Shown: piece after piece, positions 7,429 to 8,114 of the stretch
Layout of the letters: each line of letters begins with the position of its first letter
Numbering within the stretch: the stretch's first letter is position 1
Origin: a virus
Taxonomy: Duplodnaviria > Heunggongvirae > Uroviricota > Caudoviricetes
Reading direction: 5' to 3' (one strand)
DNA: 8,114 nt
IMG/VR virus record: IMGVR_UViG_2700989165_000007
Position numbers and translations under genes: made by a program
Notes under the pieces: model-generated
What the model was told of the DNA's origin: nothing
The model's input: the letters and a program-made list of their open reading frames with translations, nothing else
Databases searched by the model: none

Positions 7429-8057
7429 GCGCATTCAACATGGCTATCTGTTCGTCGTTCATGTCATCAATCCACATACCGTAAATTTCATACACCATTT
7501 GCGCAGTTTCATGCCCCATCTGGCTGGCTATAAATGCCGGGTTCGCTCCTGCCGTCAACAGCCAGCAGGCAAAAGTATGTCGCGTGTGGTACGGATTACG
7601 GCGGCGAATACCAGCACGTTTTACTGCTGCATTCCATCTTGTACCCAAACTGCTTACCGAGTAATAAGGTTTCTGTTTTTCGTTACACACCCTGGGCATG
7701 AAAACAAAATGCAGTTTTTGTTTTTCAGTTCTGCCGTACTCCCGATGATAAAAAGTGATTTCGCTTTTGCGATGATGCCCGGTCAGTTTGTATTGCTCCT
7801 TCAGTGCTTCAAGAGCCGGCTGCAGTAATGTTACCGTCCGGATCCCGGCATTTGTTTTTGGGGGACCGAACATATCAAGTATCGTCAGGTTTCTTCTGAC
7901 ATTCACAATTCCCTTCTCGAAATCCACATCCTCCCACGCCAGAGCTGCCAGTTCCCCGTGACGAAGCCCGGAGTAAACGGCAAATTTCCACAAGTTTTGG
8001 CTCTGTCCTTTTTCACTTTCCATTAATGCATTGAATTCTGTTTTAGATAACGGGTCA
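7418..8057 (-). pseudogene. Tyrosine recombinase (phage integrase) C-terminal catalytic domain; N-terminal part removed by the IS1 insertion
   Basis: Translation carries integrase catalytic-domain motifs (SGLRHGELAALAWEDVD; HTRHTFACWLL; VYEIYGMW). Only about 213 native codons remain. The apparent TTG start at 8069-8071 is inside IS1 sequence, and an in-frame stop lies at 8081-8083. Confidence 0.7.
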
Positions 8058-8114
8058 GGTAATGCTGCCAACTTACTGATTTAGTGTATGATGGTGATTT
8101 TAAGGTGCTTGCGT
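8058..8114 (+). mobile_element. IS1 terminal fragment (inverted-repeat end; element continues beyond the window end)
   Basis: GGTAATGCTGCCAACTTACTGATTTAGTGTATGATGGTG matches the IS1 terminal inverted repeat and adjacent sequence as I recall it, with isoform-level differences. Confidence 0.7.

Noticed and set aside
7499-7828. Plus-strand ORF 7499..7828 (109 aa)
   Set aside because: Antisense within the integrase catalytic-domain remnant; treated as a shadow ORF.
8058-8071. TTG start codon at 8069-8071 for the integrase ORF
   Set aside because: It lies inside the IS1 terminal repeat, so it is created by the insertion and is not the native start.

Overview
This window looks like an IS-riddled, decayed prophage-like island of the E. 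coli/Shigella type, carrying one intact cargo operon. All homology calls are from reading the translations and from memory of the families; nothing was aligned or searched. The only clearly intact unit is a four-gene minus-strand operon (3485-6934) that I recognise as the SitABCD-type Mn/Fe ABC transporter, with a perfect MntR palindrome and a Fur-box-like site upstream. Around it: an IS2 end (1-58), a frameshifted and IS2-truncated Rha-family antirepressor gene, a noncoding stretch with a structured element, a visibly AT-rich islet holding a 148-codon coiled-coil plus zinc-ribbon reading frame split by an in-frame TAA, an IS66-family-like end with an HTH orfA running into a 343-nt N-run, a phage-protein C-terminal fragment, and an integrase catalytic-domain remnant cut by an IS1 end (8058-8114). 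The most unusual non-coding signal is a phased GGGGCAAAAAA array with bracketing inverted repeats between the integrase remnant and the sitA promoter. No rRNA, tRNA or CRISPR array was seen.
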